Positions 12,802 through 25,799 of a DNA stretch of 46,134 nucleotides are shown one piece after another. Origin of the DNA: Octopus bimaculoides (taxonomy: Eukaryota); the NCBI RefSeq assembly GCF_001194135.2, contig NC_068985.1:19008094-19054227 (forward strand), read 5' to 3'. The notes beneath the pieces were generated by a model that was given only the letters and a program-made list of their open reading frames with translations, was not told where the DNA came from and searched no databases. The first letter of the stretch is position 1. Every line of letters starts with the position of its first letter. Both the position numbers and the translations under genes were made by a program.

Positions 12802-13030
12802 CAGTGGTTCTCAGCCAGGGTCCATATGAACCATGGAGGGTCCATATAAGATTTTTTGTTAAAATTTAGGTGCAATAAATTGACTATATCTCTACAATAC
12901 ACCAAATATTTAATTTTTTATGCAATTTCTAATAATATTTAATTATAAAAAATACAATAGGAGTTTTTAAAACATTAAATGGCTGTGAGGGTCTACCCAA
13001 GTAAAATAGGAATCAAGGGGATCCATGGGA
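12802..13030 (+). mobile_element. Truncated hAT (Charlie-like) MITE
   Basis: Begins CAGTGGTTCTCAGCCAGGG, a typical hAT-Charlie TIR. No matching right TIR found. Confidence 0.55.
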
Positions 13031-14368
13031 TCAGGTTACTAGCAAGGACTTCTTATCTCACAACATACTGATACCTGTTATACTTTCAAAATGTCTTAAA
13101 AGTTGAAAAGCAGACACTCTTTCTTGTCTGTGGACTTGAATCCAATTAGACACTCCACAAACACACACACACATGCATGCACATTACCACTAACTAATAC
13201 TTAAACCACACATCCTTTCCTCTGAGACACAAATCTCTCACCATCTAGACTATCCAGACCACATTCTGTAATCAAGTTTCATTCTAAAAGGTGGTACCTG
13301 CATACATATATAAATAATAGATTCTACTCTTCTTGCCACTCACATTTCTCACCTGGACTTCCAGTTACTCTGGCTCAGTCTCCCTTCTTCAATCTTAGTA
13401 TATAGTCTTTGCATCTATTGGGTTGTTTGACCGTTTCCTTATCTTAATTGCTCACCACACATTCACATAAAATTCACCTCCCTAATACTTGGACATAATG
13501 ACACTTCAAGTTTACTAAATGCTCAGATTTCTGTCAGTTCTACATTAGCTGTCTGTGGTAGCACATAAGCTTCATTCCTGACCCATCGAAGACTTCTACA
13601 TATGTGATAGAAACCATCCTTTTTGGGCATATTCTTCCACATCCTACACACAGGCAAAAAAGTTAGGGAAACTGCTTATCATGTGGTTGTCATGACTTTG
13701 TGATGCAGAAAGTGATGATGTTCTAGAGATGAGTTACTGTAGTTTAGTTTAAAGTTGTGTTAGTGTGTCTTGTTTCAAATATGAACGAAGTTTATTGATA
13801 TGCTTGTTTTTGCGTACATCTAACGACAGTGCTTGGGAGTGCATTAAAGTATTTATTTAGTTAGTGAATGTTGTTATTTAGCCTGATGTCAACCTAGGTT
13901 GTTTAAGAAGCATATTTAGTTTCTATTTCTAGCAGGTCAAGCAACCATGTAGAGGCTACTTTGTTAGCTTGTATTAGGACATGCAACTGAGTTAGGTATG
14001 TGGTATTGTGTATATTATGTTAGTGTTTTGTGTTACTGGTTTTATATTTTCCAAATTACTGTATTCATGTCTAAGTTGCACCCTTAATTCAGTGTTAAAT
14101 ATTTGTAAAAAGAAGTTTTTTCCTCTTCATATTCAAACTTGATATCAGCTTTGCTCTGTGTATTAGTTGAATCCCAGTTTTTCCAGTTGGAAATAAGGTA
14201 TATAATGGTGCAACTTATGTGTAAGTAAATACAGTACTAGCATTCTAATGCTTTGTTGAGTCAAATTCATGTGTATATTATCTATGTAGTGGATATGTAA
14301 TTTTATGTATATTTTGAAGTCTTCGCTATAGTTTGACCTGTACTGCCTTATTATTAAGGTGGAATTAA

Positions 14369-14574
14369 CCCTTTAGCATTCAAATTATTCTGTCAAATTT
14401 AATGCTTATTATTTACATTGTTTGGAATAAATCATGCATTATCTTGTAGCTTTGAGGTTTTTATGATGCAATTGCTTATTTTTAAAAGGATGTGGGGTAG
14501 GTTGGACAGATTGCATTTGGCTGGTTTGAATGTAAAGCAGGTAGAATATTTAGGCCGGATATGGTTGGTTTGAA
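14369..14574 (+). mobile_element. TTAA-targeting MITE, copy 1 (right end lost)
   Basis: TTAA then CCCTTTAGCATTC. The internal sequence aligns by eye with 17390-17610 and with the reverse complement of 43333-43808. Confidence 0.75.
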
Positions 14575-15052
14575 CAGGATGCGAGTTGTTCTGTGTCAAG
14601 GTTGTAGTATTGTTTCTTGCATTACTGCCATCTGAATGTTGTGTCACGATGGTGTCTTCTTAGCTGTTAGTATTAATTTTTTTTGGACATATACTTGGGA
14701 CTCAGTTGTTCCGCATATTCATCCATTTTCTTAGATAATTAGGTGAAATATAAAACAGATTTGACTGCTATTTCTAGTAGTTTAAATGACTGCATGGATG
14801 CTCCCTCTTTAGTTGAAATTATTTGGTTTTTGTTTGTGTTCTTTTATGTAGCATTGCAACAAGTGGCTGTTAACATTTTTATTAGTAAATATTTAATACT
14901 GTAAAATACCACTACTAATTGTCAGATCAATTATTATATTTTTAGTGGTAAGAGTAAGTATTTACACCTTGTTGTAGCTTTGCATTTCCATTCAGAATAC
15001 TTTTACAGAATTTTATTAAGGAAAAACATTCACAGAAATTGACCAAGTTGAT

Positions 15053-15054
15053 CT

Positions 15055-15119
<65 letters not shown>

Positions 15120-15120
15120 A
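15053..15120. repeat. (CT)n microsatellite
   Basis: Directly visible. Confidence 0.95.
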
Positions 15121-15129
15121 CACAGAGAA

Positions 15130-15330
15130 TATATCATTCTATGTCTGCTTTCATTGCTTGCATGGGATGTAGGGATATGTTTTGCTCCATTGTCTCAGTC
15201 TTTGCAGGGTTTTTATAGCTGAATGCTCTTCCTAATGCCAACCACTTTACCAAGTGTACTGGGTGCTTTTTTTATTTAAAAAAAAAACAAACTTTAGCAC
15301 CAGCACTAGTGGGGTCACTTTGTAATTTGC
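15130..15330 (-). mobile_element. Decayed type B SINE 3' portion
   Basis: GCTGAATGCTCTTCCTAATGCCAACCACTTTACCAAGTGTACTGGGTGC matches the reverse-complement tail seen at 16860-16920. Confidence 0.6.
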
Positions 15331-15669
15331 AACACTAAAGAATAGAAGATAGGGTGGTTATTTTATGCAAGGTGTGGAGAGGTGAAAGGGCAATGAGTGA
15401 TTTACTGTTGTGGAGGAGATTCATAGCCATCTCACATTTTATATGGTTGGGTAGGGATTGCTGGAGTGGCAGCAAAAAGGGAGGGAAATATGGTGGGGAT
15501 GAGGTGCCAGAATGTATGTATGTATAAAGTCACATTCAAGAAAGTGCATAAAAGAATCAGGAAGGTGGGTGAAATTGTATGATTGTAGGGAAGAGTGAGA
15601 AGTGGATAGAAATATGTGGTAGGGGTGGTCAGATGTACATATAGGGCAGATATAGTAAATGATGAATAG

Positions 15670-15770
15670 GGGTGAGACTTGTGGTTAAGAAGTTCACTTC
15701 ATAATCATGCGGTTTCAGGTTCAATCTCATTGCCTGGAACTTTAAGCAAAGGTCTTTTATTATTGAAAGT
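15670..15770 (+). mobile_element. SINE tRNA-head fragment next to an N gap
   Basis: GTGGTTAAGAAGTTCACTTCATAATCATGCGGTTTCAGGTTCAATCTCATTGC resembles the heads at 10297 and 23066. Confidence 0.6.
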
Positions 15771-16519
15771 TTTGGATAGACTAATGTTTTTATATATATN
15801 NNNNNNNNNGAATAAGCCCTGGAATGAAGTATTTATCAGGTTTGAAAGTTTGACTTTATTGTTGTGATGTACAGTAAAAGTGCAAGGAAAATCCTGTAAG
15901 GTATAAGTATTAAGTTTATATAGAGCATTAATTTATGTTAATCTTTTTAGCATTAAGGGAAGATGAAATTGTTCTTAATTGCTGTCATAAAAGATATGAA
16001 TGACAACTCATTCATTTTTCTTCATTTAGAAAGTTTTCAGACATAAATATAACTCTTTTGCTTTTTTATATTTTTTAAAAAGGGGAATGTCATTCAGATG
16101 AAAAGATAATTTGATATATCACAATTGTAGCAACATGTATATATATATATATATAACAATGCATTGACTCATTCCTATAAATACATTCATTCACAAAGTC
16201 ATAAAAATGTTTTTGTTATTCATATCTGTTGATTTACTTCTCTTATATAATCAAGGTGTCAAAGTAGGCAATTGGTGTTATATAAACGAGTACATTGAAC
16301 TCTTTACTGTAGCTATTATTATTTGACATATAAGAATAGAAAGTTCTGTACTAACAATTTATTAATGTTGTTTATAGCAAGATATGAGTATTATGCAAAA
16401 GCTGTTATTGATTTCTTTTAATTTGGCTAGTTTTTTTCAAGAGCAAGCTACACTTCTCTAAATAGATTCCATTATATTATAGAAACTTAAGGAATTATTT
16501 CTGGAGGTCAGAAATGTAT

Positions 16520-16720
16520 AGTTAATCCAAGTAGGATTTGAACTTGAGGCTGAGAAGAATGCACTATTTTCTTACCATCTTCAGTGTTACCAATTCCACT
16601 GCTGGGGTTGCCTTTCCTGCTTTTGAGGTTGATAAAATGAGTACTGGTCAAGCACTGACATCAACTTACCCCTTACACTAAAACTGCTCGCCTTGTACCA
16701 AAATTTGAAACTATTGTTAA
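16520..16720. mobile_element. Rearranged SINE of the family seen at 29443-29654 (head on minus, body on plus)
   Basis: 16520-16590 matches the minus-strand head (GGATTTGAACT..). 16590-16720 matches the plus-strand body (TTGCCTTTC..GTTGATAAAATGAGTAC..GCCTTGTACCAAAATTTGAAAC). Confidence 0.45.
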
Positions 16721-16752
16721 TACTCTCATAATAAAACTAATACTTATATATA

Positions 16753-16960
16753 ATCATCATCATTTAACGTCCATTGCCCATGCTGGGGCATGGGTTGGAT
16801 GGTTTGACTGGGCTGGCATACTGGAAGGCTGATTCTGACTCCAGTTTGATTTGGCATGGTTTTCTACAGTTGAATGCCCTTTCTAATGCCAACCACTCTG
16901 ATAGTGTAATGGGTGCTATTATGTGCCACCAGCACGGGTGCAAATTTGTGTGACACTAGT
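16753..16960 (-). mobile_element. Type B SINE 3' portion
   Basis: ATCATCATCATTTAACGTCCATTGCCCATGC..GGCATGGGTTGGA..GAATGCCCTTTCTAATGCCAACCACT, the reverse complement of the (GAT)n-ending tail. Confidence 0.8.
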
Positions 16961-17389
16961 ATCTTCCACAATACTTATATATAATATTATGTATTATTAT
17001 AAGGATTTTATATTTGCAAACAAAAAAAAAAACAAAAAAAAGATGTTTAGAAATTCAGATATTTCTTGAAATGTTACACTGAAAGTTTTCAAAATCTTTC
17101 CTATAATAAATCGTCATATGCAAGGTGAAATGTGAGAATCAAACAGTGACTTGCATATTTATACTTAATACATTCCAGCGGATTTGAGTGTTACCCGTTT
17201 ACACTACTGAATCTGGTATGTTATGAACACATTTGTCTGAAAAGAGAAGTTGATCTCCTATGATGAAACATTACAGCAATTAGTATATCCATGTTCAAAT
17301 ATACCAGAACATCTTAAAAATAAGTATGCAACTCATTCTTTTCTATTTTTTTTTTATTTAAACAAAAAAGTTGGACATTTTGGTGTTAA

Positions 17390-17610
17390 TCCTTTAACAT
17401 TCAAGATTATTGTCAAAAGTAATGCTCATTTATTCACATTGTTTTGAATTAATCATGCATTTTTTGTATCTTTGAAATTTTGATGAAGTAACTGTTAATT
17501 TTTAGAATGATATTTGTTGTAGAGTTAGTGTGAGAGGCCAGATCTGGCCAGTTTGAATATAAAGCCCTGGAATATTTTGACCAGATATGGCCAGTTCAAA
17601 TGCTAAAGAG
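17390..17610 (+). mobile_element. TTAA-targeting MITE, copy 2 (complete, 221 bp)
   Basis: TTAA at 17386-17389 and 17611-17614. Decayed TIRs TCCTTTAACATT / AATGCTAAAGAG. Internal palindrome GGCCAGATCTGGCC at 17536-17549. Confidence 0.82.
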
Positions 17611-18552
17611 TTAAAGTAGATTTGCAAATTAATACACAACTGTATTTTCTATCATTGGTAGACTGTTGTTGTGTTATCATGGCTAAGTTTTACTCAAACT
17701 TATGTTGCTGAAGTCATCAATCAATGAAATGGTAATCCACAGGCCTAGTATTTGGGATACGCAATGCTTCTATGCTGTATGGATATATATAGACAATTTG
17801 TCATGCAGTATATAGATGAATAGTGTTGCAGTTATCACATGATGGTTCTGTTGTCCATTCAGGTTTTATATGATCAAAGAGTAAGATGATTGATTTCTTG
17901 AGGAATTAAAGTTGGTTATTTTATTGAATGTTTATTATTTGGATTGGATCAATGAAAGAGGATAGTGTTGTAATGTTCAAGGAGTGTTGAGGATGTGTCT
18001 GAAAGTAGTTGAAGCCTCTGTTTTTTTTTTTTTTTTTAAGAGTTGGGTTTCTTTTTCGTTTGTTTAGTATATTGAGGTTTAATTTCACTTCGTTTCTGTT
18101 CAATTTTTACTGTTTTAGTTTATTCTATTTGTCTTGCCTTTTCCTTACCAAATGTTTATGTGAGTCATTTAGAAATTTTAGTTAGGATTAGAGTTCTTCA
18201 TGCTTTGTCTATTTGTTTGCACTGTACTGTATGTATTGAGATCATTTCAATAGTGTCTGAGATGTTAATGTAAATGTAGTGCAAATTTGTGAAAATATAA
18301 GAGATTAGTAGGGGTACGTTTTATCTGTATTTGTTAGAATTACTAAATAATTTAACTTGTAGCACCATTTCCATTATATTTGTTGTAATGTCTATGTAGA
18401 ATATATATGATACTTCATTCTATGTAAATATTTCTCTCCCACACCACTCTAAAATAGTTTGTGAGGTATAACCTTTAGAGATAACCAAAAGTGAGATTTT
18501 GACCTAGTTGGGTCTCATCAACTTCAATGCAATTAGTGTAGGGACATTTTCT

Positions 18553-18563
18553 TATATATATAT

Positions 18564-18634
<71 letters not shown>
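18553..18634. repeat. (TA)n microsatellite
   Basis: Directly visible. Confidence 0.95.
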
Positions 18635-18638
<4 letters not shown>

Positions 18639-20689
18639 ATTAATTCATTAATATGTTTTATTACTTTCACTTAGTTTATGTAATAAGTGCATTTCCAATG
18701 ATTTTGCCTCTCCTGTATTATGAAGCTGTAACCTGAGATTTATGGAACAGTTGTGTTCTAATTCTAGTTGGTTTCTTTTATTTGTGTAAATGTTTTTGGA
18801 GTTTTATTTATCTGCTGAACATTTTAGGCTTATGCATATATTTCTAATGCATGTTTCAGTTGCACTGCACTATACTTAGACAGTGTTTTGTCCTAGATTT
18901 TAGGTGTAAAATGCCTTTTTCTCAAAAATTTGCTGTGTTGAGTGTTATTGTATTGTGTGCAAGATATTGAAAATGTTTTGTGACAGCAGGTATTATTGGA
19001 TAAATTGCCCAGTTTTTGAAAAACCAACGACAAAAGATTCAATTACCCCAGGTTGTGGTTGTATGTTGGGTCACATAGCATCTCATCACTTATAGTGTGC
19101 ATCAGCTATCATCACATACAACAGCAGAGAAAATTGGCCACCAGCATGATAAAATGTACCTAAATCACTGTCTTAGGTAAGAAAACTAGAGTCTCCCTCT
19201 TCTTTCTGTCAGTTCTTATTCAAAGTTACTGCCTTCCTAGATGGGTAGCTTGTAATACAACTTGTGGAATCCATGTCACATTTGTACAGATTACAGATGT
19301 GTATTTGTAGCTTACTCAGAAGGATGGTGTCCAGACCCTTTTGCAGAGTATCTGAGAGTGGTTGGAGAAAGAAAAGAAACTGTAAATAAATAAAATATAT
19401 CAATTGTAGAAGCATCTCTTAATGGTAAATGATTCTCCTTCCATATATGTTCAATTATTTTTGATTTCTTGGTCTCTTCTGGTCATTATTTCTTTGTGCT
19501 GGTCATTATTTCTTTCAGCTGGACAGAGTATCCTGTTTCACCTTTCTTTGTTCAGATTGCTCTTTTATATTATATTCTTTCTTTATAACTTCCTAGAGTA
19601 GTGAAGAGAAATATGAAGAAATATGGCATTACTCTTGAAGTTTGTCCTGACATTTAATTTGCTTCACATCATCAGACCCTTTATTACAATTCATAATTAT
19701 AGTAATTTTCTCTTTAATTCCTTCTCCTTTGGGGCAAGTGGTTAAAAAATTTTGGTGGTTATTCATTCCTTAAGAATGTTTTATTCATATGGTCCACCTT
19801 CTAGTGACTTATATGAATATATTAAATAATATAGATAGGATTTTAAGCAAATGGTAACAAAGACAGCAGCTTTAGTGTTGTTGATGGCATTAACTGGGTT
19901 GATGATAGTAGGAAGATATATTAAAGTCAGTGCAGCTGTGCTTAGCTAGGGACAAAAATATACAACTGCAATTGGAGAGGAAGGAAAGTTTGTCTTCTGG
20001 TTTTAAATTGGTCGGTTTTCATAATCTACTACTGCAAAAGTGAGGTTGTATGTTAGCAGCAGTAGCTGATAGCTTCCAGATGTTGAAGATTTTTGTTCTA
20101 TGTTTGCAGAACAGCAATACTGTCTCTTAGTGAACTCGGAGGTTTGGTATAGTGCTGTGACAGAGTGGAGAACACAATGAAAAATGTTGTGTCACAAGCA
20201 AATTTAGAAGCTTATCAGTTTGTAAAACTATTAATGACTGCAGTTAACAAATGTGAGAACTGATAAAGATTCAAATAATTATTTAAGTTTAGGGAATGAT
20301 TAATTAATTGTTTTAATTACTATGTAAATAAGCCCATTTTTGGAGAAACAGTATGCAATAACAGCAGCATTGGCTGAAAACTATATCTAATTGAAAAAAA
20401 AAAAAGAAAGATCAACTCATTACTTCTTGCCTGATTTACTTGAATAAACTGCTAATTAATATAAAATGTTTTTAAACTTTGAGATAAATTAAGAGGAAAA
20501 AACAAAATAAAACTATAAATGGTATTGTAAAACTATTTAAGTTCATGATTTCATGTGTTAGATAGTTATTACAGTTCATGTCAGGCTTAACTAACTCTTG
20601 TTAGATGGAACCAACTTGTTTGTAGGCTTATATTTTTTTGTCTGGTATTATGAATTACCAGATTTTTACAATTTTTTATCCAATCTGCC

Positions 20690-22050
20690 TTATTTGTGTT
20701 TAGATTATTACAAATACTTTTCTTGAACGAACTAATTTTACCCAGTTGTTTTTATGCTCAAACTCTCCTTACATGTACTTTTAACGTTTTAAATCTTTCT
20801 CATTTTTGTGGATGTCTGTTAGCAGATTACTGGGATGGCCATATGCTAGTCTGTTTGTTGGACATGTTGAGGACCAAATCTAACCCTAGTTTATCACCTA
20901 CCCCAGATACTTTATGGAATTTTTGTTGAAGGCTGTATCAATATCATCTCCATTACCTGTGCACTGCTCAACTCCTCCATCAGCTTCGTTGATTCCATCC
21001 ACCCTGTTCTAGATTTCACATTCATCTTCTCTTATCACCTCTGTTAAGTTCATGCTCTGTTGATTACCCCAACACAATGACCCAACATCATTCCTTTCTA
21101 TATTTCACCTCACTTCATCCCACCCATATCACATCTGCTCTTATCTATCTACAATTTTTTAAATCTGTCTCACCTCCGTAGCCATGGCCCCAGCTTAGTC
21201 ACACCAGATGTCTCATACTCACACATTGGTTTTTATCCCCAACCAGTCTTTGATGCTGAAACTGTGGTATCTGGGCTATTGAATTCACTGCTGTGCTCTT
21301 GCTTCGTATCTCTCATACAACTGCCTTTTCCTTCATCTACCATCCTGCCACTTCACCATACCAATGTACCATTCAACAGCACTTTTGTCTCCTTCAATCA
21401 GATCTTGCTACTTTCTATCTCATATCTGAACACCCTCTCCCTTTCTTCAAAATCAACTGCAATCCTGTTCCTTCATCCAAAACGACACCACACCTCACAG
21501 ATCTAACTTCTCCTACCATGTCACTAACCATTTCACCTGTACCACCAAATATGTTATTGACTGCATTGAATACTGGGGGCTTCTTCATTGTTTGAGAAAC
21601 TTCATCTAAGATATGTATGCAGGCTGTTTTAGGGAACACATTCTAGATGTCTAATATAACAACTCTAGATCACTCTGACCTGTACCACATCACTTTAATT
21701 CTCTTGGCCACATCTGTCTGCATCTCTCTGTGCTGTACTTTTACACTGGGGATTAATCACCCCCAACCCCTGCTTGTCTGTTGTAAAACTAAATTCCATC
21801 TCCACAAAACTCACTCAACTGGAATGACATGTTTTCTTGTTGTCCTTTAATAATTTGTTTCCCTTTATTAACTCTGTCTCCCACCTAGTACCACCAACAC
21901 CCTGATAAGTGCCCTCCTGTGCACTTCAACCTCTTTCCATCTCAGTACACACACACACCATTTTATTCACACCACCTACACAACATATCACACACCCATG
22001 TACTTACTTAACATGCTTATATACAATCCCCTATACTTTCATACTCTCCC

Positions 22051-22101
<51 letters not shown>

Positions 22102-22330
22102 TAATCCCACTGGCTGGAAAACACTCTACTGGCTATAAAATGCCATTCCTCTGTATCTACTTTCATAAATTCAATTTGCTGTTGCTTTCATTGTAAACAC
22201 TGCTTCAATGGAGCTTCTCTCTAGATAAGGACTATTGTTTGAAATATCGAACTCTCCTCTGTTTATTCCTTGGAGCGTGAAATTAATTACATTGTACCTG
22301 TTTGGTGTCTGTTTTTGACATTTTTTTTTT
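20690..22330 (+). mobile_element. Decayed Penelope-like retroelement 1 (RT, GIY-YIG endonuclease and 3' pseudo-LTR region)
   Basis: Frame-broken motifs in the expected order: GPYASLFVGHVEDQI (~20836-20880), SFVDSIHPVLDFT, FLYFTSLHPTH, YHPATSPYQCTIQQHFCLLQSD, HFTCTTKYVIDCIEY..(G)ET..CFREHI..HFNSLGH..KTHSTGM (GIY-YIG, ~21540-21830). A decayed hammerhead-like motif sits at ~22221-22249. Confidence 0.78.
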
Positions 22331-23065
22331 TGATATTTCATTACCATATGTTGATGCAGACTTGATTACTTCTGGATTGGATTTATATTGTTTCTTTCTC
22401 ATTAATTGCCTTTATTTTATTGTTTATTTACAGTCTATTTCACCCACCTTTTTCGTATATCACATAATTTACTATTTATTTTTATTTTATCTGAGAATTA
22501 GTCTATCAACAAAGGCAGTAGTTTCCTAAACCACTAATTGCTCTGAACTCTTAACATTAACCTGTCATATAGCTCATTCTCTACATAAATTAGATAAACT
22601 GATAACAAAGCTTTATGTGAACTACCACAATAGTCCAATAACCTTTAGACTTTAGATGATGCAGACAGATCAGTTTCAGTAGTAAATTTAGAACTCTTAA
22701 TTATCGATTGATTGTCAGTATAAATGAAATTTTTGTTATGTTCCCCCCCACTCCTTTCCAAAAATTTAATTCTACTAATTACCTACATTTTCATAAGAAA
22801 TCTGTATTGCTGCATTTAACCTAAGCCATATTCAATTATCCTTCAGTGATATCAAACTTGTATTTTTTCTTTTTTCATTTCAACAAAGAAAAGCATTTCA
22901 CCAGCAACTCTTCAGGTTTTCAAAATTAAATTGTTACCTCTAGAGGTAGGGCCTATGGCCATCATCCCAAACTAGTGAAGCCCACTTCAGTGCTCTAATC
23001 AGTTCTCAAGCCAAGATTTAAAAAGCTTTATTAAAATAAGTTGGCTTTAGGGTAAATATTTTGTG

Positions 23066-23430
23066 AGCATGGCTGTTTGGTTAAGATTGTTTTGCAACCA
23101 TATAGTTTCAGGTTCTGTCTCATTGCATGGCACTTTGGATAAGCGTTTTCCACTATGGGCCCAGGTTGACCAATGCCTTGTGACTCAATTTGGTAGGCGG
23201 AAAATGTGTGAAATCCCATTGTGTATGTGTGTGTGTGAGTGTTTTTGCATTTGACAACCAGTGTTGGTTTGTTTACTTCCCTGTAACTTAACGGTCTGGT
23301 AAAAGTAACTGATAGAATTAGTACCAGACTTAAAAGGAAAAAAAAAGAAGCAAGTACTGGAGTTGATTTGACTAAATCCTTCAAGGTGATACTCCAATGA
23401 CTGGGACAAGTGAAAGGCATAAAAAATATA
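23066..23430 (+). mobile_element. Type A SINE (old)
   Basis: Head, central domain, TG microsatellite and 3' domain are colinear with 10297-10789. Confidence 0.8.
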
Positions 23431-23939
23431 AGAGTTATATAAAAGATTTACTCAAACAATTTTTCATTGCTGAATATATTATTATTTTTTTATCACTATG
23501 GACAATCTATTCTAAACCAATCATCCATGCTTGAATTCATAATTCTCACCAGATTACTGAATGTATATATGATAGCTAGTGATGTTTCTTTGTTAGACTT
23601 TTAGGTAACAAAAGCAATATAGAGATGTTTTTCAGTTAAATCTTTTCAAGAAACTAGTTATTAGTGATGTGTAGTTTCCTCTTCCACCAACCATGTTGTG
23701 GTTAACTGCTATTATTATATCTGCTTTCACAATTTTCTTTCATTGATACCCATTATATTATGTGATATATTTAATATCAAAAATATCTAGTAACTAGTAG
23801 TGTTCCCACCCATTTTTAATAATTCATATGAGAGCTATTGTTACAATACTACTTTTGTTTTTTTAAATTCCTTAATGATTGAGCTTAATGACTGATATAA
23901 CTGACCATTGAAACAGGCTCTTCAGCTTAAGAAATATCT

Positions 23940-24292
23940 CTTGGGTATATGGTTGAGAATCTTGCTTTGCAACCATGGGTTTTCAAGTTTAGTTCCACTG
24001 CATTGCACTTCGGGCTAGTGTCTTCTTTAGCCTTGGGCCAACCAATGCTTTGTGAGTGAATTTGGTAGATGGAAACTGTGTGTGTTTTTGTGCTTCTCTC
24101 TGTCTGTTCACACATTGCATGACAACTGGTGTTTGCTTATGTCTCTGTAAATTAGCAATTTGGCAAAAGAGATTAATAGAATAAGTACCAGACTTAAAAA
24201 TAAGTACTGGGATTGATTTGTTCAACTAAACCCTTCAAAACGGTGCCTCTGCATGGCTACAGTCTAGTAACTGAAATGAGTAAAGGTAAAAG
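23940..24292 (+). mobile_element. Type A SINE
   Basis: Colinear with 10297-10789. Ends ..CTGAAATGAGTAAAGGTAAAAG. Confidence 0.8.
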
Positions 24293-24406
24293 TGATATCT
24301 TTTCTAATCCTCATTTTTTTCAGTTTTAGCATATTTTCACCCATCTCCACAACAGATTAATATACTGAACCATAAAAGAAATGTCACATTGTAAAAGATT
24401 TGCTAC

Positions 24407-24449
24407 TTCAGGCTGATGACGAGCAATGACTCAGAAACATGTCCCTGAA
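24407..24449 (+). ncRNA. Minimal type I hammerhead ribozyme motif
   Basis: Stem I TTCAGG (24407-12) / CCTGAA (24444-49). Core CTGATGA (24413-19). Stem II GAG/CTC with a C.A pair at its base (24420-33). GAAA (24434-37). Stem III within the palindrome ACATGT (24437-42). GTC cleavage triplet ending at 24443. Confidence 0.75.
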
Positions 24450-25799
24450 TGCACACTGGACTGGGTGGGGGTGCTTGTCTCCCCCTTGCAAATATAAGGA
24501 CAAAGGAAATGTGTCAAAGCCGACAGGAAGTGGTCCAGCTTCCTAGGGCTAAATAGCAGTAGTATGATTCCCTTATTGGGACTGTCACGTTAAGTTGACA
24601 GTATACAACTGCTTTATCATAACACTGCTGCTTAATTCTCTCTGAGATTTATAATTAGATCATTTCTAATTTATGTAATCAAAAGATTTTTTGTTTCATA
24701 GATATTGAGATGATATGGATTCTATCACATTTTTAGGTAATTTGACACCAGGAAGATGTCATTGACCCACAACACCACTCTCTTTTGAAAACACAAGGAA
24801 TGCATGTAGGGTTCAAACTCACTTTTATTGGTTTAACTCTATATAAACTAAGTTTATACAGAGTCATAACTTTGTTTCTGTCCTTGTGATTTTTTTCAAA
24901 TCGAATAAATCTCTTCTATATGAAGGTTGAATATTTATATCTTTTTTTAGAGACAGTGAGAAATAAATAAAAAAGAAATGAAAAGAAGAGAGAGAATATG
25001 CAAGATAAGATACAACATTTGAAGGAAAAGAAATTTTAGCATTAGTTTCAACCAATGTTGGTGTAGTAATATCTTCAGGTGTGGCTTTTACTGACATTCT
25101 GGCCTTGGCTAGAAGTTGAAATTGTCTTCTTAAATGGGGAAGTGTGCCATCAAAGGTTGTGTATGTCTGTGCAGATTTATGTGTACTTGGACTGATAGCA
25201 ATGTATATATAGATCACTGTAGAGGAGGTGGAATAAGTAAACAAAGTGCTGACATAGTTCTAATCAAGAGAAAAACATGTTGATGAAAATGGTGGAATAT
25301 GTGATTGCTTGAGAATTAGAATAACAAGTTAAGAATGCTAGAAATATTGTGTTCATGAAAATTATTGTAATAATAATATTACCCAGTTGGTATGAAGGCA
25401 ATTAAAGAATATTAAGAATGGTGGAATTTTGAAGTTTTGATGCATGAAATGAATGAACATTAAAAACTTAGAGATAGATAATGGGTAGATATTAGGGGTA
25501 GGGATTGGAGGAAGTGGAATATATCAGGTGTAGACAAACTACTAGAGCTATAAATAGATACACACCAACACATCAACTGCATCTGCTAACCTCCTCAGTT
25601 CATTCATACCAAAACATTTACACTCTTCTCATAGGTATTCATATTTTTAGTGCATTCATAAAACCATCTACATATGCATAGATATGCATGCAAGCACACA
25701 CACTTAACATTTGTAGCTTCATATGAATGTATATTTACATAAGCTTAAATATACATATCCATAATCCAATATCAACAATTACATATGAACATACGAATC

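Noticed and set aside
25045-25085. Minus-strand CTGAAGA...GAAAC spacing resembling a hammerhead
   Set aside because: Nine unpaired nt before stem II, and no stem I or III pairing.
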